A stretch of DNA of 64,000 nucleotides from NCBI GenBank assembly GCA_017471505.1, contig JAFUTC010000004.1, forward strand, positions 127,608 through 191,607, given 5' to 3'. The translations under genes and the position numbers were made by a program. A model generated the notes under the pieces. The model was not told the origin of the DNA and did no database searches. It saw only the letters and a program-made list of their open reading frames with translations. This DNA comes from Alloprevotella sp. GTDB lineage: Bacteria > Bacteroidota > Bacteroidia > Bacteroidales > Bacteroidaceae. Below are positions 54,663 through 64,000 of the stretch, one piece after another; position 1 is the stretch's first letter, and each line of letters begins with the position of its first letter.

Positions 54663-55862
54663 ATGAAAATCCTTGTAATCAATTGCGGTAGCTCGTCCAT
54701 CAAATACAAGCTCTACGAGATGGACAGCAAAAGCGTGCTGGCTGCCGGCGGTATCGAAAAAATCGGTTTGCCCGGCTCGTTCCTCAAAGCCACGCTTCCG
54801 AGCGGCGAAAAACATATCATCGAGAAAGACTGCCCTACGCACACCGAGGGCATCAAGTTGATGTTCGACACCCTGACCGACCCGCAAATCGGCGCCATTA
54901 AGAACCTGAACGAAATCTCGGCAGCCGGCCACCGGATTGTGGCTGGCGGAATCTACACCGAGAGTCAAATCGTCACGCCCGAACTGCTTGAGGGCTGGAA
55001 ACCCTATATGGAACTTGCGCCCCTGCATAGTCCCGCCCACCTGAAGGGATATCTGGCCGTGAAGGATATGCTTCCCGACCTGCCGCAGGTATTTGTGTTC
55101 GACACCGCCTTTCATCAGACCATGCCGCCTAAGGCTTTCATGTACGCCCTCCCTTATCGCTACTACACCGATATGCACATCCGTCGCTACGGCGCACATG
55201 GCACCAGCCACCGCTATGTAACGGGCCGGGCCGGCGAGTTTCTGGGCTTCGACCCCAAAGACGTGCGCATGATAACCTGTCATATCGGCAACGGCGCCAG
55301 TGTATCGGCCATCGACCACGGACGTTGCGTCGACACCAGTATGGGTCTGACTCCGCTTGAGGGAGTTATGATGGGAACGCGTACTGGCGACATCGACTCG
55401 TCCGCTATTCTTTACATCATGGAGCGTGAAAAGCAGACGCCCGAGGAGGCTGTCGACCTGCTCAACAAGCAGAGCGGCGTGCTCGGTATTTCGGGAATCA
55501 GCAGCGATATGCGCGAGATTGAAGAAGCCGTGAGTCGCGGCGACGAACGAGCCATCTTGGCCATGGAAATGTATAACTATCGAATCAAGAAATACATCGG
55601 AGCCTATGCCGCAGTAATGGGCGGCGTCGACGTCATAGTCTTCACGGCCGGAGTAGGCGAGCATCAGCCCACGATGCGGTCGGGTGCGCTCGAAGGACTC
55701 GAGTTCCTCGGCATCAAACTTGACTTGCAGAAAAACGCAGCCTGCAACGGCGACGAGACCATTATCTCGGCACCCGACAGCAAGGTGACGGTGGCTGTCA
55801 TCCCTACCGACGAGGAACTGCTCATAGCCTCCGACACGCTCAAGCTTGTCAGCCAGGCATAA
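54663..55862 (+). CDS. ackA: Acetate kinase
   Basis: INCGSSSIK, FDTAFHQT, YGAHGTSH, HIGNGAS, PTDEE. Confidence 0.94.
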   Translation: MKILVINCGSSSIKYKLYEMDSKSVLAAGGIEKIGLPGSFLKATLPSGEKHIIEKDCPTHTEGIKLMFDTLTDPQIGAIKNLNEISAAGHRIVAGGIYTESQIVTPELLEGWKPYMELAPLHSPAHLKGYLAVKDMLPDLPQVFVFDTAFHQTMPPKAFMYALPYRYYTDMHIRRYGAHGTSHRYVTGRAGEFLGFDPKDVRMITCHIGNGASVSAIDHGRCVDTSMGLTPLEGVMMGTRTGDIDSSAILYIMEREKQTPEEAVDLLNKQSGVLGISGISSDMREIEEAVSRGDERAILAMEMYNYRIKKYIGAYAAVMGGVDVIVFTAGVGEHQPTMRSGALEGLEFLGIKLDLQKNAACNGDETIISAPDSKVTVAVIPTDEELLIASDTLKLVSQA

Positions 55863-55914
55863 CTGCCTATGCACCGCCCGCAGACCGCTATGCAGCGGAC
55901 CGGCAACCCAATGG

Positions 55915-55969
55915 AACCGACCGGTTTCTCCAACCTGCCTACGGGCGGAAAAGAGAAATCGGTCGGTTT
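55915..55969. terminator. Long stem-loop downstream of ackA
   Basis: aaccgaccggtttctc ... gagaaatcggtcggtt. Confidence 0.6.
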
Positions 55970-56025
55970 CATTATGCAATTATGTAAAAGAATTTCGTAA
56001 CTTTGTTTTTGCATAATGCGACGGG
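55963..56025. repeat. Degenerate 3-unit 21-bp array overlapping the rpe -7 box
   Basis: tcggtttcattatgcaattat / gtaaaagaatttcgtaacttt / gtttttgcataatgcgacggg; ATWAT cores exactly 42 bp apart; TAACTTTG at 55998. Confidence 0.6.
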
Positions 56026-56095
56026 CACATCCGTAGCGGTTTCCGGCCGCCTTCCCTATCGCCCTGCCGCACTTAACCCTTCAACCATTCTGACC

Positions 56096-56743
56096 ATGCT
56101 TGTAGCCCCCTCATTGCTCTCGGCAAACTTCGGACAACTCGATGCTGAAATCGAAATGCTCAATACCAGCGAAGCCGACTGGTATCATCTCGACGTGATG
56201 GACGGAGTTTTCGTCCCGAACATCTCGTTTGGTTTCCCCGTTATGGAGGCCATTGCAAAAATAGCACGCCGCCCGCTCGACGTCCACCTTATGACGGTCG
56301 CTCCCGAGAAGTATGTGGAGCGCGTGGCAAGACTCGGAGCGAAGGTTATGAACGTGCACTACGAAGCCTGCACCCACCTTCACCGCACCTTGCAGGAGAT
56401 ACGGGCCGCGGGCATGCAGACTGCCGTCACGCTCAACCCTCATACGCCCGTCGAGGTGCTTTGCGACGTGCTGGAGGACGTGGACGTAGCCATGCTGATG
56501 GGAGTAAACCCGGGCTTCGGCGGACAGAAATTCATCCCCCATACGCTGGCCAAGACAGAACGCCTGCGCCGGTTCATCGATGCCAATGGGCTGGCCACGC
56601 AGATAGAGATTGACGGAGGAGTGAACCGCGAGACGGCTCCGCAGCTCCTTGCCGCCGGTGCCGACATCCTCGTAGCCGGCAGCGCGGTCTTTAAGGCGGC
56701 CGACCCGCAGGCAGAAATCAGCCACTACAAACACCTTGCCTAA
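56096..56743 (+). CDS. rpe: Ribulose-phosphate 3-epimerase
   Basis: APSLLSA, HLDVMDG.FVPN, DVHLM, VNPGFGGQ, IDGG. Confidence 0.95.
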   Translation: MLVAPSLLSANFGQLDAEIEMLNTSEADWYHLDVMDGVFVPNISFGFPVMEAIAKIARRPLDVHLMTVAPEKYVERVARLGAKVMNVHYEACTHLHRTLQEIRAAGMQTAVTLNPHTPVEVLCDVLEDVDVAMLMGVNPGFGGQKFIPHTLAKTERLRRFIDANGLATQIEIDGGVNRETAPQLLAAGADILVAGSAVFKAADPQAEISHYKHLA

Positions 56744-56747
56744 GCCT

Positions 56748-57818
56748 ATGACTATGCCCTCTGCCCTGCCCGCCCTGTCGCTGACGTCGCCCATACAGGC
56801 GCGAATCCGCGACATTGCCCCCGAAGTCGAGAAGACTATCGCCGCCGCGCAGCGCATAGTAGTGGTGGGGCACCGCAGCCCCGACGGCGACGCAATGGGC
56901 GCTTGCCTGGCCTGGGCCGACTATCTGACCGCGCGGGGCAAGCAGGCCAGCGTGGTCATGCCCAATGCCTTTCCCGACTTTCTGGCCTGGATGCCCGGAG
57001 CCGACAAGGTGATGCTCCACGACCACCAGGCCGCACGCGCCGAGGCCCTTCTGGCGCAGGCCGACCTCATTTGCCTGCTCGACTTCAACTGCATCAGCCG
57101 CCTGCAGCAACTGGGCGCCGTCATCGAGCAGTCTCGCGCGCGCCGGTTGATGGTTGACCACCACTTAGGCCCCGACCCTTCAGCCGCACAACTCATTGTG
57201 AGCGAGCCGCAGGCCAGTGCCACCTGCGAACTGGTGGCGCGCCTGCTCATCGAAATCGGCGGGACCGACGCCATCAACGGCCGCATGGCCACCAACCTCT
57301 ATTGCGGACTGATGACCGATACGGGCGCATTCACCTTCAACAGCACCCATCCCGACATATTCCTATTGGTGGCGCTGTTCCTGCAGCGCGGCGTTGACAA
57401 AGACAAGATTTACCGCTACGTCTATCACTCCTACTCCACCGACCGCCTACGCCTGCAGGGCTACGTACTATACGAGAAAGTCCGTTTCTATGCCGGCAAC
57501 CACGCCAGCCTGTTCGCCCTGACGCGCGACGAGATGAAACGCTTCCGCTTCATACGCGGCGACGGCGAGGGCCTTGTCAACCTGCCCCTGCAAGTGCGTG
57601 GCGTGAAACTGAGCATCAGCCTGCGCGAAGACACCGAACTGGACGTCGTGCGCGTATCCCTGCGCAGCGTCGACAGTTTTCCATGCAACAAGATGGCCGA
57701 ACAGTTCTTCAACGGCGGCGGACACCTCAACGCCAGTGGCGGACAATTGGACATGAGCATAGATGAGGCCATCCGCGTGGCAGAACAGGCCATCGAAGCC
57801 TTCAAAGAACTTTTGTAG
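56748..57818 (+). CDS. nrnA: DHH/DHHA1 phosphoesterase (NrnA-like)
   Basis: HRSPDGDAMG, DHH, TDTG, SLRS, GGGHLNASG. Confidence 0.88.
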   Translation: MTMPSALPALSLTSPIQARIRDIAPEVEKTIAAAQRIVVVGHRSPDGDAMGACLAWADYLTARGKQASVVMPNAFPDFLAWMPGADKVMLHDHQAARAEALLAQADLICLLDFNCISRLQQLGAVIEQSRARRLMVDHHLGPDPSAAQLIVSEPQASATCELVARLLIEIGGTDAINGRMATNLYCGLMTDTGAFTFNSTHPDIFLLVALFLQRGVDKDKIYRYVYHSYSTDRLRLQGYVLYEKVRFYAGNHASLFALTRDEMKRFRFIRGDGEGLVNLPLQVRGVKLSISLREDTELDVVRVSLRSVDSFPCNKMAEQFFNGGGHLNASGGQLDMSIDEAIRVAEQAIEAFKELL

Positions 57819-57860
57819 CGCCGCGCATAAGCCTGTCAATCAGCCCGATAAGACAGCCCG

Positions 57861-57965
57861 AAAATTGTATTATACAATCTCAAAATTGCATTATGCAATT
57901 TGAAAATTCAATTATGTAATTTTCAGATTTCATAATGCAATATTTTTGTCCGATTATGAAAAATT
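57861..57965. repeat. 21-bp-period palindromic array, 5 units
   Basis: aaaattgtattatacaatctc / aaaattgcattatgcaatttg / aaaattcaattatgtaatttt / cagatttcataatgcaatatt / tttgtccgattatgaaaaatt. Confidence 0.95.
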
Positions 57966-58067
57966 TTTGCCCCCTTACCTATCAAAATCAACCGAACATT
58001 CCATTATTGAATGGAAATATAGTAACTTCGCGTCGGATTATTCACCCACTCAACCCGCATATCAAAC

Positions 58068-58679
58068 ATGGATGAACTCAAACACATAAAAAACGCACTC
58101 ATATCGGTCTATCACAAAGACGGGCTCGACGAACTGCTGGCCCTGCTGCACCGCGAGGGAGTGCGCCTCCTGTCGACCGGCGGCACGCAGCAATACATTG
58201 AGTCGCTGGGCTATCCGTGCGCAAAGGTCGAAGACCTGACCGGCTATCCCTCGATTCTGGGCGGACGGGTCAAGACGCTCCATCCGAAAGTGTTCGGCGG
58301 CATACTGGCCCGACAGAACTTCTCCGACGACCAAGCCGACATGGCCGCCTACGCCATAGCACCCATCGACCTGGTCATCGTCGACCTCTATCCGTTTGAA
58401 GATACCGTAGCCCAACAGGCCTCGGAGAGCGAAATCGTAGAAAAGATTGACATAGGCGGAATAAGCCTCATACGCGCCGCCGCAAAGAACTTCCGCGACG
58501 TGGTAATCATTCCGTCGAAGGCACAGTATAACACCCTCAAGCAACTGCTCGTGAGCCGCGGCGCCAACACCACGCTGGCCGACCGCCAGGCCCTGGCCGA
58601 GGAAGCCTTTGCCGTCAGCAGCCACTACGACACAGCCATCTGCCAGTGGTTTTCAACCCTGAACAAGTCAACCAAATAA
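58068..58679 (+). CDS. purH: IMP cyclohydrolase (PurH N-terminal MGS-like domain only)
   Basis: ALISV, STGGT, GRVKTLHP, EKIDIGG, RAAAKN, YDTAI, then stop at 203 aa. Confidence 0.85.
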   Translation: MDELKHIKNALISVYHKDGLDELLALLHREGVRLLSTGGTQQYIESLGYPCAKVEDLTGYPSILGGRVKTLHPKVFGGILARQNFSDDQADMAAYAIAPIDLVIVDLYPFEDTVAQQASESEIVEKIDIGGISLIRAAAKNFRDVVIIPSKAQYNTLKQLLVSRGANTTLADRQALAEEAFAVSSHYDTAICQWFSTLNKSTK

Positions 58680-58699
58680 ACACATACAAGAACATTCCC

Positions 58700-59734
58700 A
58701 TGGGATTCTTCAGCAAACTATTCTCATTCACCCAGGAACTGGCCATGGACCTGGGCACCGCCAATACCATCATCATAGCCGATGGTGAAATTGCCGTGAA
58801 CGAGCCGTCTGTCGTGGCACTCAACAATAACACGAAGCAAATGATGGCGGTGGGCCAGCGCGCCAAACTGATGTATGAAAAGACAAACGATAAGATTCGC
58901 GTCATACGTCCGTTGCGCGACGGCGTAATTGCCGACTTCGCAGCCTGCGAGGAAATGATTCGCGGCCTCATCAAGATGGTCCACAGCGGCAAGCGCCTCT
59001 TCTCGCCCTCCCTGCGTATGGTGATTGGCGTTCCGAGCGGCTCGACCGAAGTTGAACTACGCGCCGTGCGCGACAGCGCCGAGCACGCTGGCGGCCGCGA
59101 CGTCTATCTGATCTACGAGCCTATGGCAGCCGCCATCGGCGTAGGCATCGACGTCAACGCCCCCGAGGGAAACATGATAGTCGATATTGGTGGTGGCACC
59201 ACCGAGATTGCTGTCATCTCGCTGGGCGGCATCGTCAGCAACAACTCTATTAAGATGGCCGGCGACGACTTTACCAACGACATACGCGACTATATGAGCC
59301 GCCAGCACAACGTGCGCATCAGCGAGCGCATGGCAGAGCGCATCAAAATCAACGTAGGCGCCGCCCTGACCGACCTCGGTGCCGACGCGCCCGATGACTA
59401 TACCGTCATCGGTCCTAATAAAATCACGGCAATGCCTATGACCGTGCCCGTGTGCTATCAGGAAATCGCCCACTGCCTCGAGAAAAGCATCTCGCGCATC
59501 GAGCAGGCCATCATGAACGCATTAGAGGCCACGCCCCCCGAACTATATGCCAACATCGTTAAGAACGGCATTTACCTGACAGGTGGCGGCGCCCTGCTGC
59601 GCGGATTAGACAAGCGACTCACCGACAAGATTAACATCCCGTTCCACGTAGCCGAGGATCCGCTTTTGTGCGTAGCAAAAGGCACGGGCGAAGCACTTGC
59701 CCACCTCAACGACTATGAATGCCTGATGCGCTAA
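58700..59734 (+). CDS. mreB: Rod shape-determining protein MreB
   Basis: DLGTANT, PLRDGVIADF, DIGGGTTE, LTGGGALL. Confidence 0.95.
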   Translation: MGFFSKLFSFTQELAMDLGTANTIIIADGEIAVNEPSVVALNNNTKQMMAVGQRAKLMYEKTNDKIRVIRPLRDGVIADFAACEEMIRGLIKMVHSGKRLFSPSLRMVIGVPSGSTEVELRAVRDSAEHAGGRDVYLIYEPMAAAIGVGIDVNAPEGNMIVDIGGGTTEIAVISLGGIVSNNSIKMAGDDFTNDIRDYMSRQHNVRISERMAERIKINVGAALTDLGADAPDDYTVIGPNKITAMPMTVPVCYQEIAHCLEKSISRIEQAIMNALEATPPELYANIVKNGIYLTGGGALLRGLDKRLTDKINIPFHVAEDPLLCVAKGTGEALAHLNDYECLMR

Positions 59735-59847
59735 CCGCCATCGGGACGAACGCACTGTCATACGAGTTGATGGGTCTGGTCCGACTCACCAACTCGTTAA
59801 GTGTATAGACCGACCGCACAAACCTATCCAACCACATCTCCGCAGCG

Positions 59848-60702
59848 ATGAAAGCATTCCTTGACTTTCTAGTCCGTTTCCACCACTTCTTCCTGTTCCT
59901 GCTGCTCGAAGCCGTCAGCCTGCTACTGCTCTTCCGCTTCAACAGCTTCCAGGGCAGCGTCTGGTTTACTGCAGCCAACGGCGTGGCCGCATCTGTCAAC
60001 CGGATGTACGGAGATGCCGTGGCCTACACCAAACTTCAGGACGTCAACAAGCAACTGACGGCCAACAACGTGCTGTTAAGCAAGGAAAACGAACTGTTGC
60101 GCGAGCAGATTGCCAGCGCCACGGCCGACACGACACAGACCTTCCGGCTCATGCAAGACCGCCTTCGCGACGCGCGACTGATTGCCGCCACCGTCGTATC
60201 GAACTCCACGCAGAAAGAAGACAACTATCTGGTCATAGACCGCGGCGAGGCCGACGGCATACGGCCCGAGATGGGCGTCGTAGGCGGAAACGGAGTCGTG
60301 GGAATAGTCTATCTGACCAGCCCCCACTATTCGCTGGTCGTTCCGATTATCAACCAGAAGTCCACCATATCGTGCCGAGTCCGCGGTACACGCTATTTCG
60401 GTTCGCTAACCTGGGAAAAAGGCAACGTGCGCCGTGCCTTCGTGGACGACATACCGCGCTATGCAAGCGTGCAAAAGGGTTCGGTGATTGAAACAAGCGG
60501 CTATAGTTCGATATTCCCGCCGGGCCTGTTCGTAGGCCGCGTCTCCGGAGTCAGAAACTCCCCCGACGGACAATCCTATCGGTTGGACATACTGCTTGGA
60601 ACGAACTTTGCGAACATTCGCGACGTGTTCGTCATCAGCAACTCCTACAAGGCCGAGATTGACACCCTGCAACTGCGCGCCTACACGGCACAAGACGAAT
60701 AA
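59848..60702 (+). CDS. mreC: Rod shape-determining protein MreC
   Basis: Transmembrane segment, coiled coil, GVVG, TSGYSSIFPPG; operon position. Confidence 0.92.
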   Translation: MKAFLDFLVRFHHFFLFLLLEAVSLLLLFRFNSFQGSVWFTAANGVAASVNRMYGDAVAYTKLQDVNKQLTANNVLLSKENELLREQIASATADTTQTFRLMQDRLRDARLIAATVVSNSTQKEDNYLVIDRGEADGIRPEMGVVGGNGVVGIVYLTSPHYSLVVPIINQKSTISCRVRGTRYFGSLTWEKGNVRRAFVDDIPRYASVQKGSVIETSGYSSIFPPGLFVGRVSGVRNSPDGQSYRLDILLGTNFANIRDVFVISNSYKAEIDTLQLRAYTAQDE

Positions 60703-60726
60703 CCCATACTCCTATCGACTCGCACC

Positions 60727-61242
60727 ATGGCCAAACTGATTTTTTCGCGCATCGGATGGTTTCTCTTCCTAATGCTCCTGCAAATTTTCATATTCAACCA
60801 CATCCACATTGCAGGAGTAGCCACCGCGTTCGCCTATATCTACCTGCTGCTGATACTTCCCAACCAGACGCCCAAGAGTCTTTACGTCCTGACGGGCTTT
60901 GCAATGGGCCTGATAGTCGATGTGTTCAACAACACCCCCGGAGTTTCTGCCGCAGCCACCACGCTTGTCGGGCTGGCGGTCCCGTATATGTTCCAGTTGC
61001 TCCGCGACAAGGACGAGGACGACGATGCCATCGTCACACCCGGCGCACATTCGCTCGGATGGGCCGGATTTACCTATCTCGCCCTCACGTGCAGCCTGCT
61101 GCAATGCCTTGTCTTCTTCATTGTAGAAAACTTCAGTTTCTCCACGCCACTCGTGCTGCTGATTGAAATTGCAGGCAGCACGGCGTTCACCCTGGCAGTA
61201 ATCCTGCTGTTCGAGTGGGTAAGACATTCCGCCCACCGCTAA
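60727..61242 (+). CDS. mreD: Rod shape-determining protein MreD
   Basis: Hydrophobic; GLIVDVF..TPG; between mreC and mrdA. Confidence 0.88.
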   Translation: MAKLIFSRIGWFLFLMLLQIFIFNHIHIAGVATAFAYIYLLLILPNQTPKSLYVLTGFAMGLIVDVFNNTPGVSAAATTLVGLAVPYMFQLLRDKDEDDDAIVTPGAHSLGWAGFTYLALTCSLLQCLVFFIVENFSFSTPLVLLIEIAGSTAFTLAVILLFEWVRHSAHR

Positions 61243-61257
61243 GCCGACTCACAACCC

Positions 61258-63108
61258 ATGAGCGCCAACAGTTTCCAAAATAGAAAATTCGTGGTAGGTA
61301 CCATCATCGTGGGTATCGTACTGGTTTTTCTGTTGCGACTGGCATCGCTCCAACTGCTTAGCGAGGACTTCAAGAAAACAGCCGACTCCAATGCGTTCAG
61401 AAAAGAGATTATCTATCCGTCGAGAGGACTGATATTCGACCGCAACGATAGCCTGATGGTCTATAACGAGCCCTCGTACAACATCCTCATAACGATGAAC
61501 GAGCAAATCGGTATCGACACGCTCGACTTCTGCCGCGCAATTGGCATCACCAAAGACTTCTACATCGAAAGATGCGCCGAAATCAAGGACCGCAGTAAGA
61601 ATCCCGGCTACAGTCGCTATACTCCGCAACTGTTTCTCGCACATATCCCCCAGGACGAGTTTTCCCTGCTCCAAGAGAAATTATTTCGCTTTCCGGGCTT
61701 CAGTGCCGAGAAACGAAGCATCCGTCGCTATGCCACGCATGTGGCTGCCCACGTGCTGGGCGATATTGGAGAGGTCGGCCCCAATGATATCGAGGAAGAC
61801 CCCTACTATCAGGGCGGCGACTTAATCGGCAAACTCGGCATAGAACGCTCTTACGAGCAACAGTTGCGCGGAGAAAAAGGCCTGCGCATCCTTCTTCGCG
61901 ACGTGCACGGCCGTACCAAGGGCCGCTACCAGAATGGCGCGTACGACAAGCAGCCAGTTCCGGGCCGCAACCTCACGTTGAGCATCGACCTCGAACTACA
62001 AGAACTGGCTGAGCGACTATTGGAGGGAAAACTGGGTGCCATCGTAGCCATCGAGCCCTCTACCGGAGAAATTCTCTGCATGGCTTCGTCGCCCACTTAC
62101 GACCCCGGAAAAATGACGGGAAGGGAGCGGTCGACGATGCACCATATCCTGTCGACCGACCACCGCAAGCCGCTGCTCAACCGCGCTATCATGGGCATGT
62201 ATCCCCCAGGCTCTACATTCAAGATTACGCAGGCTCTGCTCGGATTGCAGGAAGGAATCATCGACCCCAATACGTCGTTTTTCCCGTGCAGCCATGGTTT
62301 CAACTACAAGGGCCTGCATCTGGGCTGCCACGGCCATGCTTCGCCCATCAATCTCGTTCCGGCCATCGGAACCAGCTGTAATGCCTATTTCTGCTGGAAT
62401 CTTTACAAAATGTTCGCTAATCGGAAGAAGTACCCTACCGTACAGGACGCGATGACGCGATGGAAGGACCATCTGGTCAGAATGGGCTACGGCTACAAAC
62501 TCGGCATCGACCTGCCCGGAGAAAAGCGCGGCATGATTCCAAATGCCGACTATTACGACAACGCATACCGCTCCGGATGGAATGCACTGACCGTCGTGTC
62601 GATATCCATAGGCCAGGGCGAGGTCACAGCCACTCCGCTGCAGATTGCCAACCTTGCCGCGCAGGTTGCCAATAGGGGCTACTACTACATCCCCCACGTA
62701 GTCCACAAAATCCAAGACGCCCAGATTGACACCACCTACACGCGCCGCCACTACACTATGGTCGACGAGAAATGGTATAATTACGCCGTGGCAGGCATGC
62801 GGCGCGCCGTGCTCGGAGGTACGTGCAAGGGAGCCAACTTGCCTGGGATAGAAGTCTGCGGAAAGACCGGAACGGCCCAGAACCGCGGCCAAGACCACAG
62901 CGCCTTTATGGGATTTGCCCCGATGGACAATCCGAAGATTGCCGTGGCCGTATATGTCGAGAACGGAGGTTTTGGCGCCACCTACGGAGTACCGCTCGGC
63001 GCACTGATTATGGAGAAGTATTTGAACGGACGACTATCGGCTGCGTCGGAAGCACGTGCCCGGAGTTTCCAGAACAGGCACATCTACTACGGGAACTATG
63101 AGCGATAG
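61258..63108 (+). CDS. mrdA: Penicillin-binding protein 2
   Basis: RGLIFDRN, PPGSTFK (SxxK), SCN, KTGTAQ. Confidence 0.94.
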   Translation: MSANSFQNRKFVVGTIIVGIVLVFLLRLASLQLLSEDFKKTADSNAFRKEIIYPSRGLIFDRNDSLMVYNEPSYNILITMNEQIGIDTLDFCRAIGITKDFYIERCAEIKDRSKNPGYSRYTPQLFLAHIPQDEFSLLQEKLFRFPGFSAEKRSIRRYATHVAAHVLGDIGEVGPNDIEEDPYYQGGDLIGKLGIERSYEQQLRGEKGLRILLRDVHGRTKGRYQNGAYDKQPVPGRNLTLSIDLELQELAERLLEGKLGAIVAIEPSTGEILCMASSPTYDPGKMTGRERSTMHHILSTDHRKPLLNRAIMGMYPPGSTFKITQALLGLQEGIIDPNTSFFPCSHGFNYKGLHLGCHGHASPINLVPAIGTSCNAYFCWNLYKMFANRKKYPTVQDAMTRWKDHLVRMGYGYKLGIDLPGEKRGMIPNADYYDNAYRSGWNALTVVSISIGQGEVTATPLQIANLAAQVANRGYYYIPHVVHKIQDAQIDTTYTRRHYTMVDEKWYNYAVAGMRRAVLGGTCKGANLPGIEVCGKTGTAQNRGQDHSAFMGFAPMDNPKIAVAVYVENGGFGATYGVPLGALIMEKYLNGRLSAASEARARSFQNRHIYYGNYER

Positions 63109-64000
63109 CACGATTCGAAATACCGTGGCGCGAGCCGACTGGTTGGCCATCATGCTCATCATTATGCTGGTGGTCTGCGGGTGGTTTACCATTTGCGGAG
63201 CCAGTAATGAAATCGGCGACACCGACTTCTTCTCCTGGTCCACGCGAAGCGGAAAGCAACTGGTTTGGATAGGCTGTTCGGCCGTACTTGCCTTGTTTCT
63301 GCTGCTGCTCGACGACCGCTATTTCGACATGCTTGCCCCGCTGCTCTACGTGGCTATGGTCGGGGTGCTCTTCATAACGCCGTTCGTGGCGAAAGACATC
63401 AAGGGCTCACATTCATGGATATCTCTGGGCGTGGTCAATATTCAGCCGGCCGAGTTTGCCAAGTGTACGACGGCACTGATGGTTGCCAAGCTCATCAGCA
63501 AGTATGGATTTTCGCTGGCCGACAATCGCAACTTGTTCCAGGCCATTGGCATCGTCCTGCTTCCCATGGCGCTGATTGTCTTGCAGAAGGAAACCGGCTC
63601 GGCCCTCGTCTATTTTGCGTTTTTCCTCATGTTCTATCGCGAGGGAATGCCGGGCAGCATCCTGTTTACTGCCGTGGCGGCGGTCACCTACTTTGTCGTA
63701 GGCATACGCTTTGCCAACGACGTGCTTCCCTACACCACGGGTTCCGTCGGACAGTTCGTGGTGCTCGGACTGATTTGGCTGTTCACCTCAATCATGGTGG
63801 CGGTCTATGGAAAGGTCGAGCATTGCAAGCGGCTGCTGCTCTACGGCGCCGTGGTCCAGGCCATAGCATGGCTGGCCAGCCGCTTCATCCATCCGTTCGA
63901 CATCGCATGGGTGCAGATTGCCGGCATTATCGTGATGGCCGCCTACATCGTGTGGATTGCCCTCGGCGAGCGCGTTCGCCCCTACTACTATATTGCCGCC
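63098..64000 (+). CDS. rodA: Rod shape-determining protein RodA, runs off the window edge
   Basis: Manual reading from ATG 63098: MSDSTIRNTVARADW...KGSHSWI...IQPAEFAK...LQKETGSAL, matching SEDS motifs. Confidence 0.92.
   Translation, partial: MSDSTIRNTVARADWLAIMLIIMLVVCGWFTICGASNEIGDTDFFSWSTRSGKQLVWIGCSAVLALFLLLLDDRYFDMLAPLLYVAMVGVLFITPFVAKDIKGSHSWISLGVVNIQPAEFAKCTTALMVAKLISKYGFSLADNRNLFQAIGIVLLPMALIVLQKETGSALVYFAFFLMFYREGMPGSILFTAVAAVTYFVVGIRFANDVLPYTTGSVGQFVVLGLIWLFTSIMVAVYGKVEHCKRLLLYGAVVQAIAWLASRFIHPFDIAWVQIAGIIVMAAYIVWIALGERVRPYYYIAA

Noticed and set aside
7444-57965. 21-bp arrays as CRISPR or TIGR-type guide arrays
   Set aside because: The period is too short, the variable part is a degenerate palindrome arm rather than a unique spacer, and there is no cas or other effector gene nearby.

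Overview
A 64-kb core-genome segment from a Bacteroidales bacterium, probably Prevotellaceae/Alloprevotella-like. This placement is inferred from the TAnnTTTG promoter boxes and the conserved gene orders lpxD-lpxC/fabZ-lpxA-miaA, rpmH-PASTA-rluD-ddl, folP-cdaA and purH-mreBCD-mrdA-rodA. It carries about 55 mostly housekeeping genes. I saw no rRNA, tRNA, CRISPR array, transposase or integrase. The main unexplained signal is non-coding: a dispersed family of intergenic arrays built from near-palindromic 21-bp units (consensus AAAATTGCATWATGCAATTTY). Most arrays have five units (105 bp). They sit at 989, 7444, 15569, 32913, 44397, 50604 and 57861, with in-register remnants at 6160, 38596 and 55963. 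They occur between divergent, convergent and tandem genes, keep phase without indels, and sometimes overlap promoter -7 boxes. One array contains a second unit type in the same phase. Secondary observations: a translationally coupled Nudix + ADP-ribosylglycohydrolase pair, and a PurH reduced to its IMP cyclohydrolase half. Three genes missing from the ORF track (the ARH gene, rpmH and rodA) were read by hand. All calls come from motif recognition; no database searches were run.
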